Source of the DNA: a virus
Lineage: Duplodnaviria > Caudoviricetes
Length of the DNA: 64,000 nucleotides
Virus record (IMG/VR): IMGVR_UViG_3300013947_000027
Coordinates: 1 to 64,000 of that record
Reading direction: 5' to 3' (one strand)
Made by a program: the position numbers and the translations under genes. The notes below the pieces were generated by a model. It did no database searches and was not told the origin of the DNA. It was given only the letters and a program-made list of their open reading frames with translations. Of the stretch, positions 1 through 9,349 are shown piece after piece (positions within the stretch are counted from its first letter, which is position 1; each line of letters opens with the position of its first letter).

Positions 1-299
1 TTTTCAGTGTTTTCTGCGGTTTCTTCACCATTTTTCATGTAATTCAACCACTTTTCAATCTGTTTTTCGGTTCCTTTGAAGAAGATTCCTTCCAAATCAT
101 ACTCAACGATGAGATTCATTGCACGATTTCGTTCTTCTTCAATCTCTTTTTGTGTCATTTCGGAATCAATGTTTGTAATTCTTGCCAAACGAGAAGAAGT
201 GTTGTGATCTTTCTCACAATCAAACATGTACCAAGAAGAGAAGTCGACGAACGGATTGAAAGGATTGTCAAACGTAGTTAACATGAATTGCTCTTCCAT
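1..299 (-). CDS. Small phage protein directly downstream of the RNA polymerase gene (3' end runs off the window)
   Basis: ATG at 299, 3 nt after the RNAP stop; reads MEEQFMLTTFDNPFNPF... and stays open to position 1; missing from the ORF track. Confidence 0.75.
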   Translation of the reverse strand, partial: MEEQFMLTTFDNPFNPFVDFSSWYMFDCEKDHNTSSRLARITNIDSEMTQKEIEEERNRAMNLIVEYDLEGIFFKGTEKQIEKWLNYMKNGEETAENTE

Positions 300-302
300 T
301 AA

Positions 303-3300
303 TTAGTCAACTCCTTTCAAGTACTTTCTGACTGTTGTAGCAGAGATGCCAAGCTGTTCAGCAATCTCAGCAATAGTGTTACCATTAGCACTCAGGCTCT
401 TAATACGATTAGCTTTAGCAGTGCTGATTGTTTTAGTGTCGCGAGGCGTTGCACGCTGACGAAGTTCATCAATGTCAGCATTAGCGAGGATGCGCTTAAG
501 TTTATTCTCAGTGATGGCACCAGCTTGAATAGCTTCCCATTCTCTATCACTAATCTTGATGTTACGATCACGACGAGAGACGGCGCCAACTTCTTGACGA
601 TACTTGGACATGGCCCTCTGGCTTGCCTTTCTAACGTCGCTCTTTTCCATCTCTCTGCCTTCATCAGCGGCTTTCTGCTTCATAGCAGCGACCTCGGCAT
701 TAGCAAGACGACCAGCTTGTCTCTCACGAACACTATTCTTTTCCGCCTCGTTAAGGCGAACCATAAGGGAGTCTACTTCTTTCTGGTACACTTTAGTGGC
801 AGAGGGATCATGCTTAAGATTACCAGTGGCAAGCATCTCTTTACGAGCCTGATTAGCAAGAGCTTTCATGCTATTAGCATAGTCGGCATAGATTAGCTCC
901 ATCGGATGCTGTGCTGCGGATACAAGTTCACGGGCATCCTTAGCCTCGGCCATATTAGTAGTCCACTGGGTCCTAGTCCTAACATTATAGGAGATATCCC
1001 CCGCCTTGTTCTTATAAGATACGGTCCCATCCTCATTGAATGACCGGACCGGCTTGTACTTTTCAGAAGCCACGGGGTCAGAGGGGTCATAGGTGATCTT
1101 CTTACCCTCGGTAGTCCTAATGGTTACGATACCCGTGTTCTTATCCCTCTTACTGTCCACATAATACAGGTCATCCGCCTTGGCCAATTTATATGACTGT
1201 TCACCAGTTTCAGGATCAATAGTTGCCTGACCTCTACGCCTATCGACCTGGAGCTTACCCTTAGCTCTAGAGATGATTGTGCCTGCCCCTCCCCCCTTCA
1301 GGGTGCCATCAGGTCTAACCGTCACCTGGTACTTATCCTTAAGGGCCTGGATGTTATTCTCTACCTCACTGCGCTTATAGTCCAGCTTATGCTTCTCGGC
1401 ATCGATAACCACCATGCTATGTCTAACAGCGCGTGCGATCTCATCATCAGTAGCTCCGCCAGACAAGGTCATGTCAGTAATAAGATTAGAAATGACCCCC
1501 ATTTGCATCTGAGTATCATGCTTGGTCATGATCTTAACTTTCTCACCGCGAGAATTAACTCTTTCGCCGTCCTTGCCAGGCATGGTTCCATATTCAACTT
1601 TGGCGTCGAATCCTTTAAGCTCTTTAAGATATGGCGAGCGTTCGATCTTGATCTTGCCATAGTCAGTAGGAATGCACATGACAGTATCGCCGTCAAAGTC
1701 TGCGCCAGACAGCTGATCAGCAACACGCTTAGTGATACCAACGGCATCGTTAATATCGGTGCCAATCATTTTCTTAGCGTTAGAATTCTTATTGTTTACA
1801 GTAAGAACAGGGATTTCGAAAATGCCAGCATGAGGATATCGAATAAGAGCAAGCTTAGTACCATTAGGATAATCAGGAGCATAGATCTCTGTATCCTTCA
1901 TAAAATTCATCGGAATAATAGCATGGTACTTCTGTCCAGGAAGGGCTGCTGCTTTGAGGTTTACGGCTGCACCATCGCAGTCGTCAGCAAAAGATTTGAG
2001 GAGGTGCTTCTTAATTGTTGGGTTATTAACTTCACAAATGCGATTGTATTCTTCGTAGCGATCGGCTGCTGCAAGACCAAGCTGACGGCGTGCCAAATCC
2101 TTAGACTGTTTAGAAAGGAACTGAGAAGGAAGGGCATCCGCCCATTCAGACCAGTCGCCTTCAGAAGACTTCTTGTTAATAAGGCCAAGCTTTTCTTCGC
2201 CAGTCTTGGGATCCTTGTACCAATACTGGCCACCTTTATCAGCATCCTTAATAAGAGCGCCGAAAGGATTCTCGGGGTCATCTTTCTTGATAGGTTTAAG
2301 AACTGTATTGTCTTTGGGGCCGATAGCAGGTACACCTTTATGCTTATTGGTGTTAAACATTACATCGACACCCTTGGGAAGGTCATCAGAATATACTGCC
2401 ATACCCTTGAGATAATGGGTTCCATCAACAAGAATACGAACCTGAGCATATTTATCGCCATTCAGATCCAGATCAGTACAGCCTCTACGAATTTCGATCA
2501 GACCATCCTTCTCGTCGCCAGTGATTCCATCAGGGCCTTTCTCATCCGCATAGCGAATTTTAAGTCTCTTAGAATCAAGGCTCGCAGGATATGTAAATTT
2601 CTTCTTGAATGAGTCAGTACCTTCCTGATACTTATAATCTTCGATAGTATGAATCTCGTCGAAGCTATAAATGTCTTTATGCTTGGCTCCAGGAGGGCAC
2701 AGAATCATCTGTGTGGTGTAATTACCACGGTTGGTAGGTTGTTCTACTCGGCCCTGGAAAACGCCGTAGCCCTCAGATTCGAGCGCGTAGAGGGCCTGGT
2801 CAAGCTTAGTTCTACTAATACCAAGTTTCGATTCAGCTCCGTCGCCGACATTAATATACCGCTCGACATCCTTGCCAACATCAATCATGCCTTTCTTAGC
2901 GACCTGCTCTTTCAGGAAATCAGCAGTCTGCTTTGCAGCAAGCATCTTAGCTTCAGATCTAGGATCAAGGAGAGAACGAACTGTAGACTCTCGAAGACCC
3001 ATTTCTCGACCAATAGCGCTGTAGCCAAGACCTTTGTCTTTAAGATTCTTAGCCTTAACAACCTGCTGCTCTCTACGAGTGTACTCAGCCCAGTATTTCT
3101 CATTACGATACTCTTCGAGTTTCATACCGAAATGCTTCTGAACCTCTTCAGCAGTTTCTTTAAATCCCTCTTCTTTCTTCAGTCGGTCAATGCGAGTGAG
3201 AAAGTCGCCGTCATGCTGATAAGGATCTTCGCCTGACCCATACGGCCACCGGCCAGAATGATACTTAGTGCCATAGTGCATGAGATAATCAGTGTCGCCA

Positions 3301-3338
3301 TCAAGCACGGCACGCATTTCATCTACAATAGAACTCAC
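303..3338 (-). CDS. Single-polypeptide two-barrel (DPBB) RNA polymerase, YonO/cellular-RdRP-like, with N- and C-terminal HTH domains
   Basis: Catalytic GADFDGD preceded by LIRYP; QVR..LKG, GVISN and HS..VIDAEK resemble cellular RdRP-family motifs; HTH-like segments GLGYSAIGREMGLRESTVRSLL and GNTIAEIAEQLGISATTVRKYL. Confidence 0.85.
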   Translation of the reverse strand: MSSIVDEMRAVLDGDTDYLMHYGTKYHSGRWPYGSGEDPYQHDGDFLTRIDRLKKEEGFKETAEEVQKHFGMKLEEYRNEKYWAEYTRREQQVVKAKNLKDKGLGYSAIGREMGLRESTVRSLLDPRSEAKMLAAKQTADFLKEQVAKKGMIDVGKDVERYINVGDGAESKLGISRTKLDQALYALESEGYGVFQGRVEQPTNRGNYTTQMILCPPGAKHKDIYSFDEIHTIEDYKYQEGTDSFKKKFTYPASLDSKRLKIRYADEKGPDGITGDEKDGLIEIRRGCTDLDLNGDKYAQVRILVDGTHYLKGMAVYSDDLPKGVDVMFNTNKHKGVPAIGPKDNTVLKPIKKDDPENPFGALIKDADKGGQYWYKDPKTGEEKLGLINKKSSEGDWSEWADALPSQFLSKQSKDLARRQLGLAAADRYEEYNRICEVNNPTIKKHLLKSFADDCDGAAVNLKAAALPGQKYHAIIPMNFMKDTEIYAPDYPNGTKLALIRYPHAGIFEIPVLTVNNKNSNAKKMIGTDINDAVGITKRVADQLSGADFDGDTVMCIPTDYGKIKIERSPYLKELKGFDAKVEYGTMPGKDGERVNSRGEKVKIMTKHDTQMQMGVISNLITDMTLSGGATDDEIARAVRHSMVVIDAEKHKLDYKRSEVENNIQALKDKYQVTVRPDGTLKGGGAGTIISRAKGKLQVDRRRGQATIDPETGEQSYKLAKADDLYYVDSKRDKNTGIVTIRTTEGKKITYDPSDPVASEKYKPVRSFNEDGTVSYKNKAGDISYNVRTRTQWTTNMAEAKDARELVSAAQHPMELIYADYANSMKALANQARKEMLATGNLKHDPSATKVYQKEVDSLMVRLNEAEKNSVRERQAGRLANAEVAAMKQKAADEGREMEKSDVRKASQRAMSKYRQEVGAVSRRDRNIKISDREWEAIQAGAITENKLKRILANADIDELRQRATPRDTKTISTAKANRIKSLSANGNTIAEIAEQLGISATTVRKYLKGVD

Positions 3339-3341
3339 ACA

Positions 3342-3908
3342 TTACTCCTCCTCACGATCTAATTTTTCAAGCAACTTATTAAGATGCACGATCTTATCCA
3401 TAATTGGAACAATATCTTCCGCAGTAGGATTCCAGACAACGACTTCATCGCACTTGTAAACTCGCAATTCAATCTTAATGTCCGAAGGTTTAACCTTATA
3501 CTCCAAGCAGAATAAAGCAGTATATACTTCCAGCTGCTCCATATGAGATTCGATCTTTCCTACTTTTCCAGTCTTAAGATCATGAATTCTGAGCATGCCG
3601 TTTTTAAAACAAATAGCATCTGCAGTGCCAAAGAAACGATCGGAATAATATAGCACCACTTCGGTGTCCATGTTGTAGCCAATCGCATCGTTGACATATG
3701 CGCAAATAGTTCTCTTAGATTTAGGCTGCTTCAAGCCTAACTGAATAGTCTCCGCTGCCCACGCATGAAGCCGCGTTCCCATTTCAGCAGCTTTCTTATT
3801 GTTGTAGACTTCAATAACTTTTTCGTCGTCATATCTAAGCCAGCTAGATTGGGATGCAGTGAACGGGGCATGGAGGCCAGATAAATTTTTATGATCGTAG
3901 AATTTCAT
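3342..3908 (-). CDS. PD-(D/E)XK (Cas4/RecB-like) exonuclease
   Basis: GTRLH, FGTADAI, IHDLKTG, QLEVY motifs. Confidence 0.75.
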   Translation of the reverse strand: MKFYDHKNLSGLHAPFTASQSSWLRYDDEKVIEVYNNKKAAEMGTRLHAWAAETIQLGLKQPKSKRTICAYVNDAIGYNMDTEVVLYYSDRFFGTADAICFKNGMLRIHDLKTGKVGKIESHMEQLEVYTALFCLEYKVKPSDIKIELRVYKCDEVVVWNPTAEDIVPIMDKIVHLNKLLEKLDREEE

Positions 3909-4216
3909 TAGCGCCTCCGTTTACGTTTAAAAAATATGTCCAAATCTTCAAATACTTCATCACGATTCTCAGGAAATACAAACCGAGAGAACGACATCTT
4001 ATTAAGCTTATCGACGTAGTATTCTTGATTAGGTTGCTTGTGAGCGCCTCGTTCTTTTTTCATTTCAAGGATGGCCCACTTATCTTCATAGAGTAGAGTC
4101 CAGTCTGGAAAACCCTGAATATATGAGCTATCATTCTTCAAGGCAATGCATCCAGGATATCGTTCTTTCACTTCATCGATGAAATCTTTCTGAAACTTAC
4201 TTTCGAGCTTCGACAA
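3908..4216 (-). CDS. VRR-NUC-type endonuclease / resolvase
   Basis: ESKFQ..GFPD..LEMK..QPNQ pattern. Confidence 0.75.
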   Translation of the reverse strand: MSKLESKFQKDFIDEVKERYPGCIALKNDSSYIQGFPDWTLLYEDKWAILEMKKERGAHKQPNQEYYVDKLNKMSFSRFVFPENRDEVFEDLDIFFKRKRRR

Positions 4217-4250
4217 TAGTGAGCCCTCCTTTCTTTCAAATATCAGGTAA

Positions 4251-4294
4251 AAATAGAAGAGAAAGTGCTAAAAAGGCACATTCTCTTTCTCCCC
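4251..4294 (-). terminator. Hairpin plus U-rich tract immediately after a motif copy (empty cassette or attenuator)
   Basis: AGAAAGAGAATGTGC-CTTTTTA-GCACTTTCTCTTCT-ATTTTT. Confidence 0.6.
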
Positions 4295-4357
4295 TATAAA
4301 AGGGAGTGATTATACCGCGAAAACGCGCTCCCTTTATTGATAGCAAATATATGTAGT

Positions 4358-4840
4358 TTATGCGTACTCAAAGTGGTACCCTTTGACACTAGATCGATTT
4401 CCTGCAAAATATCCAGAAATGTCATTTTGACAGCAGTCAATGGCTCTTGCACAGGATCTGATGGAAGGATATGATTCACCAGTCTCAACCACTCTGATAG
4501 CAATCTGTCTCGGAGGAACTCTTGTACCTCTATCGAACGCCGCTAAAATAGTTTCGCTTCGAGTACGCCATTCGAGATTATCAACACAGCAATCCGAACG
4601 GTCACCATTTTTGTAACTGATATCCAGTCCAGGACATTCACCTAGAAATGTTTCGGCAATAACCTTAGCAACTTTGACTGTGTATTGTTTTCCGTTCTTC
4701 CTAAGGCATACGAGCTTATAACCATGTTCATTGGTGAAAGTTTTGAGAACCCGCTGCGTCTTAATATTCATGATTCGCCCATCAGTACTACCGTCATAGC
4801 TGGGGAAGTTTCTTAGAGGTTTCCAAGTCTCCATATACAA
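4358..4840 (-). CDS. NUMOD4-HNH-NUMOD1 homing endonuclease-like protein with a degenerate active site
   Basis: WKPL..FPSY..STDGRI N-terminus; ISYKNGDRSDCCVDNLEW in place of VNHIDGNKLNNRADNLEW. Confidence 0.75.
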   Translation of the reverse strand: MYMETWKPLRNFPSYDGSTDGRIMNIKTQRVLKTFTNEHGYKLVCLRKNGKQYTVKVAKVIAETFLGECPGLDISYKNGDRSDCCVDNLEWRTRSETILAAFDRGTRVPPRQIAIRVVETGESYPSIRSCARAIDCCQNDISGYFAGNRSSVKGYHFEYA

Positions 4841-4950
4841 TCTGCTCCTTTCGAATATGTAATGCTAAAACATAATGCTGTCGAGTGAGTGCTGAACTTA
4901 CCGAGAAGTCAAAAAGAAGAGTCAGCGTTTAAGCTAACCCTTCTTTTAAG

Positions 4951-5157
4951 TCAATCAGTAAATGCGCTAATAATACCTTTAGCAATAATCACCGGCCACG
5001 ATATAATACTAAGTACTGCTCCAACGCAACATCCGAACACCCAAGCGAAATTGTCATATTCATTAAACGCCGCTGGGAGATCGGGATTATGTTTCGCAAT
5101 CATAAGCATCATAGCACAACCGATAAGAATATAAATTGCCAAGATAGTTAAAAACAT
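4951..5157 (-). CDS. Small membrane protein (cassette payload)
   Basis: Two hydrophobic segments; motif and RBS upstream, terminator at 4911-4947. Confidence 0.7.
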   Translation of the reverse strand: MFLTILAIYILIGCAMMLMIAKHNPDLPAAFNEYDNFAWVFGCCVGAVLSIISWPVIIAKGIISAFTD

Positions 5158-5192
5158 TTAAATCACTCTCCTCATAAAACAGAGTGTTTTTA

Positions 5193-5237
5193 TCGCGAAT
5201 AAAAAAGAAGAGCCAGCGTTTAAGTCAGCCCTTCTTT
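5193..5237 (-). repeat. 45-bp terminator/promoter junction, identical to 10487-10531 and similar to 4911-4947
   Basis: tcgcgaataaaaaagaagagccagcgtttaagtcagcccttcttt is present at both places. Confidence 0.9.
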
Positions 5238-5247
5238 CGATTAATAT

Positions 5248-5388
5248 TCACTTCCTGAGAGTAATTCTGAATAATGCATGGACCATCTGAAAGAAATTTC
5301 CATGGCAAGCAAGATTGCTAGAAATAGTTTTACCTCTGCAACTGTTGATATGCCAGTCTCTCTTCTCAAATAAACGTCCGATCTTCAT
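5248..5388 (-). CDS. 46-aa microprotein (cassette payload)
   Basis: AAAGGAG RBS; MKIGRLFEKRDWHINSCRGK...; lies between motif 5439 and a terminator. Confidence 0.65.
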   Translation of the reverse strand: MKIGRLFEKRDWHINSCRGKTISSNLACHGNFFQMVHALFRITLRK

Positions 5389-5495
5389 AAATTAGATCTC
5401 CTTTCGATTTAGTTTCTCATATAAGAAAGTGTTTTTGACGCGAAACAAAATATAAAAGAAAGAGGCTCTGTTTCCAGAACCCCTAACTTTTAGAA

Positions 5496-5738
5496 TTACT
5501 TCCAACCAAGGAAAAATTGCTTTTCATTCCACTTTCGCTTAAACCGCAAATAATTAAAGAACGATGTCTTAAATCTAAGTGCATATGCAGAACCTTTAAT
5601 TTCATCAGTAAGTTTATCCATGATCTTGACATCATCAAGACGCACAAGATATACTCCCTCGCCAAATTTTTTTCCAGCATAGCGCTTAAAGAAATCCTCG
5701 CTCTCTTTAGTGTGCTTAAACAACCAAGTGAATTTCAT
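5496..5738 (-). CDS. Hypothetical protein (cassette payload)
   Basis: Motif 5788, AAGGAG RBS, terminator at about 5455-5490. Confidence 0.7.
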   Translation of the reverse strand: MKFTWLFKHTKESEDFFKRYAGKKFGEGVYLVRLDDVKIMDKLTDEIKGSAYALRFKTSFFNYLRFKRKWNEKQFFLGWK

Positions 5739-5814
5739 AATTTGTTCTCCTTTTCATAAAGTTTTCCATAAAACAGAGTGTTTTTATCGCGAGACTGAGA
5801 TCACTTTAAAAATA

Positions 5815-6276
5815 TCAATAACCGAGGAGATCACTTGGTGTACAGTCGAGGGCATCGCAAATTTGAAGGAATGCATCAGTACTTGGGAACCTACGATTTC
5901 TAATGCATCGTCTAAACTCAGCATCCATACCATATTCATTGAATTGAAAATTATCCAATTCAAAACCACGTTTCGACAACTCACGCATAAAATAATCAAC
6001 AACACGTTTGGTATCGATGCCTTGATTAAACAGTTCAGTCCTTGGCTCAACATCGACAAATTTGTAACCAAGTAGCTCGTTCACAGTACACTGGAACAGT
6101 TCTGCAATCAAGATAAGACTATCAAGTCTTGGCAGTTTCTTCAGTTTCAAACAAGACCTGAGAAACGCTTCTGAAGTATCTGCATAATATGCAACATACC
6201 AGAGCCGCAAATCATGTTCATCTGCGCCCTGCTTTAAACGTTCAGCAAAATATTCTCTAATCTCATATTTAATCAT
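5815..6276 (-). CDS. Tandem XRE-like HTH DNA-binding protein
   Basis: Two internal repeats ending IAELFQCTVNELLG and ICDALDCTPSDLLG. Confidence 0.7.
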   Translation of the reverse strand: MIKYEIREYFAERLKQGADEHDLRLWYVAYYADTSEAFLRSCLKLKKLPRLDSLILIAELFQCTVNELLGYKFVDVEPRTELFNQGIDTKRVVDYFMRELSKRGFELDNFQFNEYGMDAEFRRCIRNRRFPSTDAFLQICDALDCTPSDLLGY

Positions 6277-6298
6277 TTAGTCTTCTCCTTTCTAAATA

Positions 6299-6712
6299 TT
6301 AACCAATTAAATCCATTACGGTACAGTCAAACGCACGCGAAAGCTTCGTTAATGCATAACCCGATGGTGTGGTGTTACCTTTTAGGTAATTATTAATCGC
6401 GCCTTTGCTTAAACCGGTATACTCAGCCAAGGCTTGCTGAGTAATACGTTTTGTGTTCATGTATTCTGCTAATCGATCAGCGAATATCTCACGCCATTCT
6501 TTTTCGCTAAAAGAATCGTCGTGATGCATAGGACGAGTTTCGACATTTCGAACAGTTTTACTCATGCTATGAAAATCATAGAGTTTTCCGTCATTCGTTT
6601 CTACTCGAATTCCCATGTCGCCTTTGGGCCGCCAATCTTTTATTCCATTTGCCAAGTATGGGTGATACTCTTTGAATTGCTCTAAAATTTCTTCGTAATG
6701 TTTTACGTTCAT
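6299..6712 (-). CDS. XRE-family HTH regulator
   Basis: ITQQALAEYTGLSKGAINNYLKG..TPS. Confidence 0.8.
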   Translation of the reverse strand: MNVKHYEEILEQFKEYHPYLANGIKDWRPKGDMGIRVETNDGKLYDFHSMSKTVRNVETRPMHHDDSFSEKEWREIFADRLAEYMNTKRITQQALAEYTGLSKGAINNYLKGNTTPSGYALTKLSRAFDCTVMDLIG

Positions 6713-6741
6713 ATATAGTCTCCTTTTTGTTAAAAATTCGC

Positions 6742-6883
6742 TGTGGCCAAAAGTGTGGCCATTTTGTGTGTAAAGTTATTTAATTTCTTCGGTCATAATA
6801 CTGAACATTTATAATATTCTAATTCATTATTATGACCACACTTTTAAAATAAATAAGGGGTAAAAAAGTGGGCTTTTGGCCAC
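6742..6883. repeat. Nested inverted repeats in an AT-rich non-coding region (probable replication origin)
   Basis: tgtggccaaaag (6742-6753) pairs with cttttggccaca (6872-6883); inner ggtcataata (6791) pairs with tattatgacc (6828). Confidence 0.6.
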
Positions 6884-6932
6884 AAAACACTTAAAATAGC
6901 TCAAAATAGCTCCAAAAACCGCAAAATAACCT

Positions 6933-7220
6933 ATTTAATGTATTACAATAATTCATCAAGCCCCTAAAATCCAAATCCTTTCAGTTCATTATTCTGAACC
7001 AGAATTCGCGATTTTGCCTCCGAATTATCGTATTACAATAATTAAAAACGGGCATTTAATGTATTACATTAATTCAAAATAGCCAAAAATCGATTTAATG
7101 TAATACAATAAATAGGCTAAAATGATTTAATGTAATACAATAAATAGGCTAAAATGAATTAATGTAATACAATAAATCACCTAGAAAACACTAAAAATGA
7201 ATTAATGTAATACAATAAAT
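6933..7220. repeat. Seven copies of a near-palindromic 21-mer ATTTAATGTA(A/T)TACAATAAAT (iteron/operator array)
   Basis: Copies at about 6933, 7024, 7054, 7093, 7125, 7157, 7200; 32-bp period between 7093 and 7157. Confidence 0.85.
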
Positions 7221-7228
7221 CGACTATT

Positions 7229-7444
7229 TTATAGCTTTCTGAACTTGAAGTTGTAGAACATTCTCACCGCTTTTCGAATAATATCCGAAATATTGATGTC
7301 CATTTCCACCTCAATATGTCGAATCATCGCCTCCTCTTCTTCATCAAATCTTATCGTGTGTGTACTTTTACGTGTGTTATTGAGAGGTGGTCTCCCTCTC
7401 CCACGTTTCATTCTATCCTCCAAACCAGTCACCTCCGTAACCAA
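7229..7444 (-). CDS. AT-hook plus ribbon-helix-helix (CopG-like) DNA-binding protein
   Basis: KRGRGRP followed by HTIRF..ISDIIRKAV. Confidence 0.7.
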   Translation of the reverse strand: MVTEVTGLEDRMKRGRGRPPLNNTRKSTHTIRFDEEEEAMIRHIEVEMDINISDIIRKAVRMFYNFKFRKL

Positions 7445-7629
7445 GTATGAACATTATACATATTATCCAAAGCTTCTCTCATAATATCATTCCTACTCAT
7501 GCCAATCTTCTTAGTAAGAAAGTCCAATTTATCCGCCTGTTCCTGTGTAAGATTCACCTTCACCGGCTGGTCATACTTAGGAGTTTCCTTCTTAGGTCTG
7601 CCTCTCCCACGTTTGATTTCAGTGCTCAT
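7429..7629 (-). CDS. AT-hook plus ribbon-helix-helix (CopG-like) DNA-binding protein
   Basis: KRGRGRP followed by VKVNLT..LDFLT..SRNDIMREAL. Confidence 0.75.
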   Translation of the reverse strand: MSTEIKRGRGRPKKETPKYDQPVKVNLTQEQADKLDFLTKKIGMSRNDIMREALDNMYNVHTWLRR

Positions 7630-7661
7630 TCAATCTCATCCTTTCAAAAAAAAATAAAAAA

Positions 7662-7754
7662 ATAAAAGAAGAAATGTTAGTCTTCTAGATATACATCTAG
7701 ATCTCCTTGCTAGTTTCCTAGGAACGGAATCGAACCGTTTCTTCATTTCTTCTC
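7662..7754 (-). ncRNA. Structured small RNA A (four-way junction with a tRNA T-arm)
   Basis: 10-bp closing stem AGAAGAAATG/CATTTCTTCT; AACGG-TTCGATT-CCGTT; CTAG-GAAA-CTAG; TCTAGAT-GTAT-ATCTAGA; U-tract; starts at motif 7775. Confidence 0.7.
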
Positions 7755-7838
7755 ATAATAGGCAATGTAATTTTCGCGAACCTAAAATATCAAAAAGAAA
7801 GAGGCTCTGAAAACAGAACCTCTAACTTCGTCGAGTTG

Positions 7839-8027
7839 TTAAAGATCGAACATGCTCTTTGTGTCTTGGACACCTGCTACATAAGCCTTATCTTTAAGAA
7901 TTATACATCCAATACTAGCTACAGCACCGATGATAGCACCGGCGGTAACAGTCAGGATATCTTTCTTTGAGATATACTTGCTGCCAAACTGGGTCCCGTC
8001 CTTGAACACAATTACAGATTTCTTCAT
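7839..8027 (-). CDS. Small membrane protein (cassette payload)
   Basis: One TM segment; motif 8062; GGAGG RBS. Confidence 0.7.
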   Translation of the reverse strand: MKKSVIVFKDGTQFGSKYISKKDILTVTAGAIIGAVASIGCIILKDKAYVAGVQDTKSMFDL

Positions 8028-8104
8028 AATTCAACACCTCCATAAAAGCAAGTGTTATTATCGCGAACTAATGGCATCAAAAAGAAGCGCCCTTGTCATA
8101 GGAC

Positions 8105-8338
8105 TCAACTCAAATCATCAAGTAAGTCATCATCAAACTCCGCCTTAACACACGGCGAATCAAAAACCTTCACCCAAAATCTCTTCCAATATGCAACCAT
8201 AACCTCTTCAACAGCAATCTTACGTGACAATTTTTTAACCTGTGTCACATCACATAAATATCTCGCAGCCTCGTTGCGATCCATGCCATAACTCATAAGT
8301 TTCTTAATTGTAGTCTTACGTGTCATTTTTATTCTCAA
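8105..8338 (-). CDS. Hypothetical protein
   Basis: ORF followed by a terminator-like hairpin. Confidence 0.55.
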   Translation of the reverse strand: MRIKMTRKTTIKKLMSYGMDRNEAARYLCDVTQVKKLSRKIAVEEVMVAYWKRFWVKVFDSPCVKAEFDDDLLDDLS

Positions 8339-8416
8339 AACCCCTTTCAGAATATAGTTTCGTCTTGACCAACGGCTTTTCGTCTATGATCAAATCTAAA
8401 AAGAGAAGAGTCCTTG

Positions 8417-8659
8417 TTAGGACCCCTCTCCAACATCAAAGTTTATGAAATCTACAACATCTTCAAATTTTACCATATCAGGATTCCAATCTTTGACCCA
8501 CTGCGGCTTATCTGCATTTAGTAATTCATCAGCATACAGATAACCCTCAGTTTTAAATTTACTAACTAGATCATCTCTTCCAAAAAATTCCAAAAACGCA
8601 ATAAGCTTCTCAGTAGTATCAAGCTGATAAATCCATTTTGGTAATACATGATAATGCAT
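8417..8659 (-). CDS. Hypothetical protein (cassette payload)
   Basis: Motif 8696; start moved to the ATG after AAGGAG. Confidence 0.65.
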   Translation of the reverse strand: MHYHVLPKWIYQLDTTEKLIAFLEFFGRDDLVSKFKTEGYLYADELLNADKPQWVKDWNPDMVKFEDVVDFINFDVGEGS

Positions 8660-8741
8660 AAATATCATCTCCTTCATATAAGAGAATGTTTTCTACGCGA
8701 AAATTAGGAACCCCTGTTATAGGGCTCCTAAGTCTTGAGGG

Positions 8742-8933
8742 TCAACATACCTCACAAGTTTCAAAAATATAATCTGCCTCGTAATCGCTTACTCCGAAGA
8801 TTTGTCCGCTGGCGAGATCCTTAAAGTAGTTAAGCTTCCCACGCCAAGCCTTACAAGCTCCATCGTCGCCAACTCTGTCAATAAGATCCCCAATACAGTC
8901 CATTTCTCCGAGATATACTAATACGTCGCGCAT
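8742..8933 (-). CDS. Hypothetical protein (cassette payload)
   Basis: Variant motif 8994; AAGGAG then MRDVLV. Confidence 0.65.
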   Translation of the reverse strand: MRDVLVYLGEMDCIGDLIDRVGDDGACKAWRGKLNYFKDLASGQIFGVSDYEADYIFETCEVC

Positions 8934-9079
8934 AATAAATACTCCTTCCAAAATATAAAGGTTTAATCTCCTCATAATAGAGCGTGTAAAATTAGCGAGT
9001 TTCAATGCATTCAACGATTTCTTATTGTGTTCAAAACCAAAAAAAAGAAGACCCAGTGTTTCCACCAGGTCTATCTTCG

Positions 9080-9253
9080 TCAGCGGATCTTCTTAATCGT
9101 GATTTCTTCCGTAGTTTCTGTGGGGAAGGTAAACGGTTCCTCATCATCTCTGTGAATCTTAATCCGGCTTCTTCCAACCTTCATACGAGTCACATCGGTG
9201 AAAATATCAACATTTCCTTCTTCGTCAACAATTCGTACTTCAAAGTCATTCAT
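9080..9253 (-). CDS. Hypothetical protein (cassette payload)
   Basis: Motif 9287; GGAGG then MNDFEV. Confidence 0.65.
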   Translation of the reverse strand: MNDFEVRIVDEEGNVDIFTDVTRMKVGRSRIKIHRDDEEPFTFPTETTEEITIKKIR

Positions 9254-9349
9254 AATAATCGCCTCCATAATATAGAATGTTTTTCTCGCGAGTGCATCAT
9301 AAGTGTAACGTAACAATACATATCCAAAACAAAGAGGAAAGGGTATGTT

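Noticed and set aside
1389-2612. 407-aa plus-strand ORF
   Set aside because: Antisense shadow of the RNAP gene with no recognisable motifs
6933-7220. CRISPR array from the 21-mer repeats
   Set aside because: Spacing is irregular and the short intervening sequences are themselves repeated; this fits protein-binding sites better
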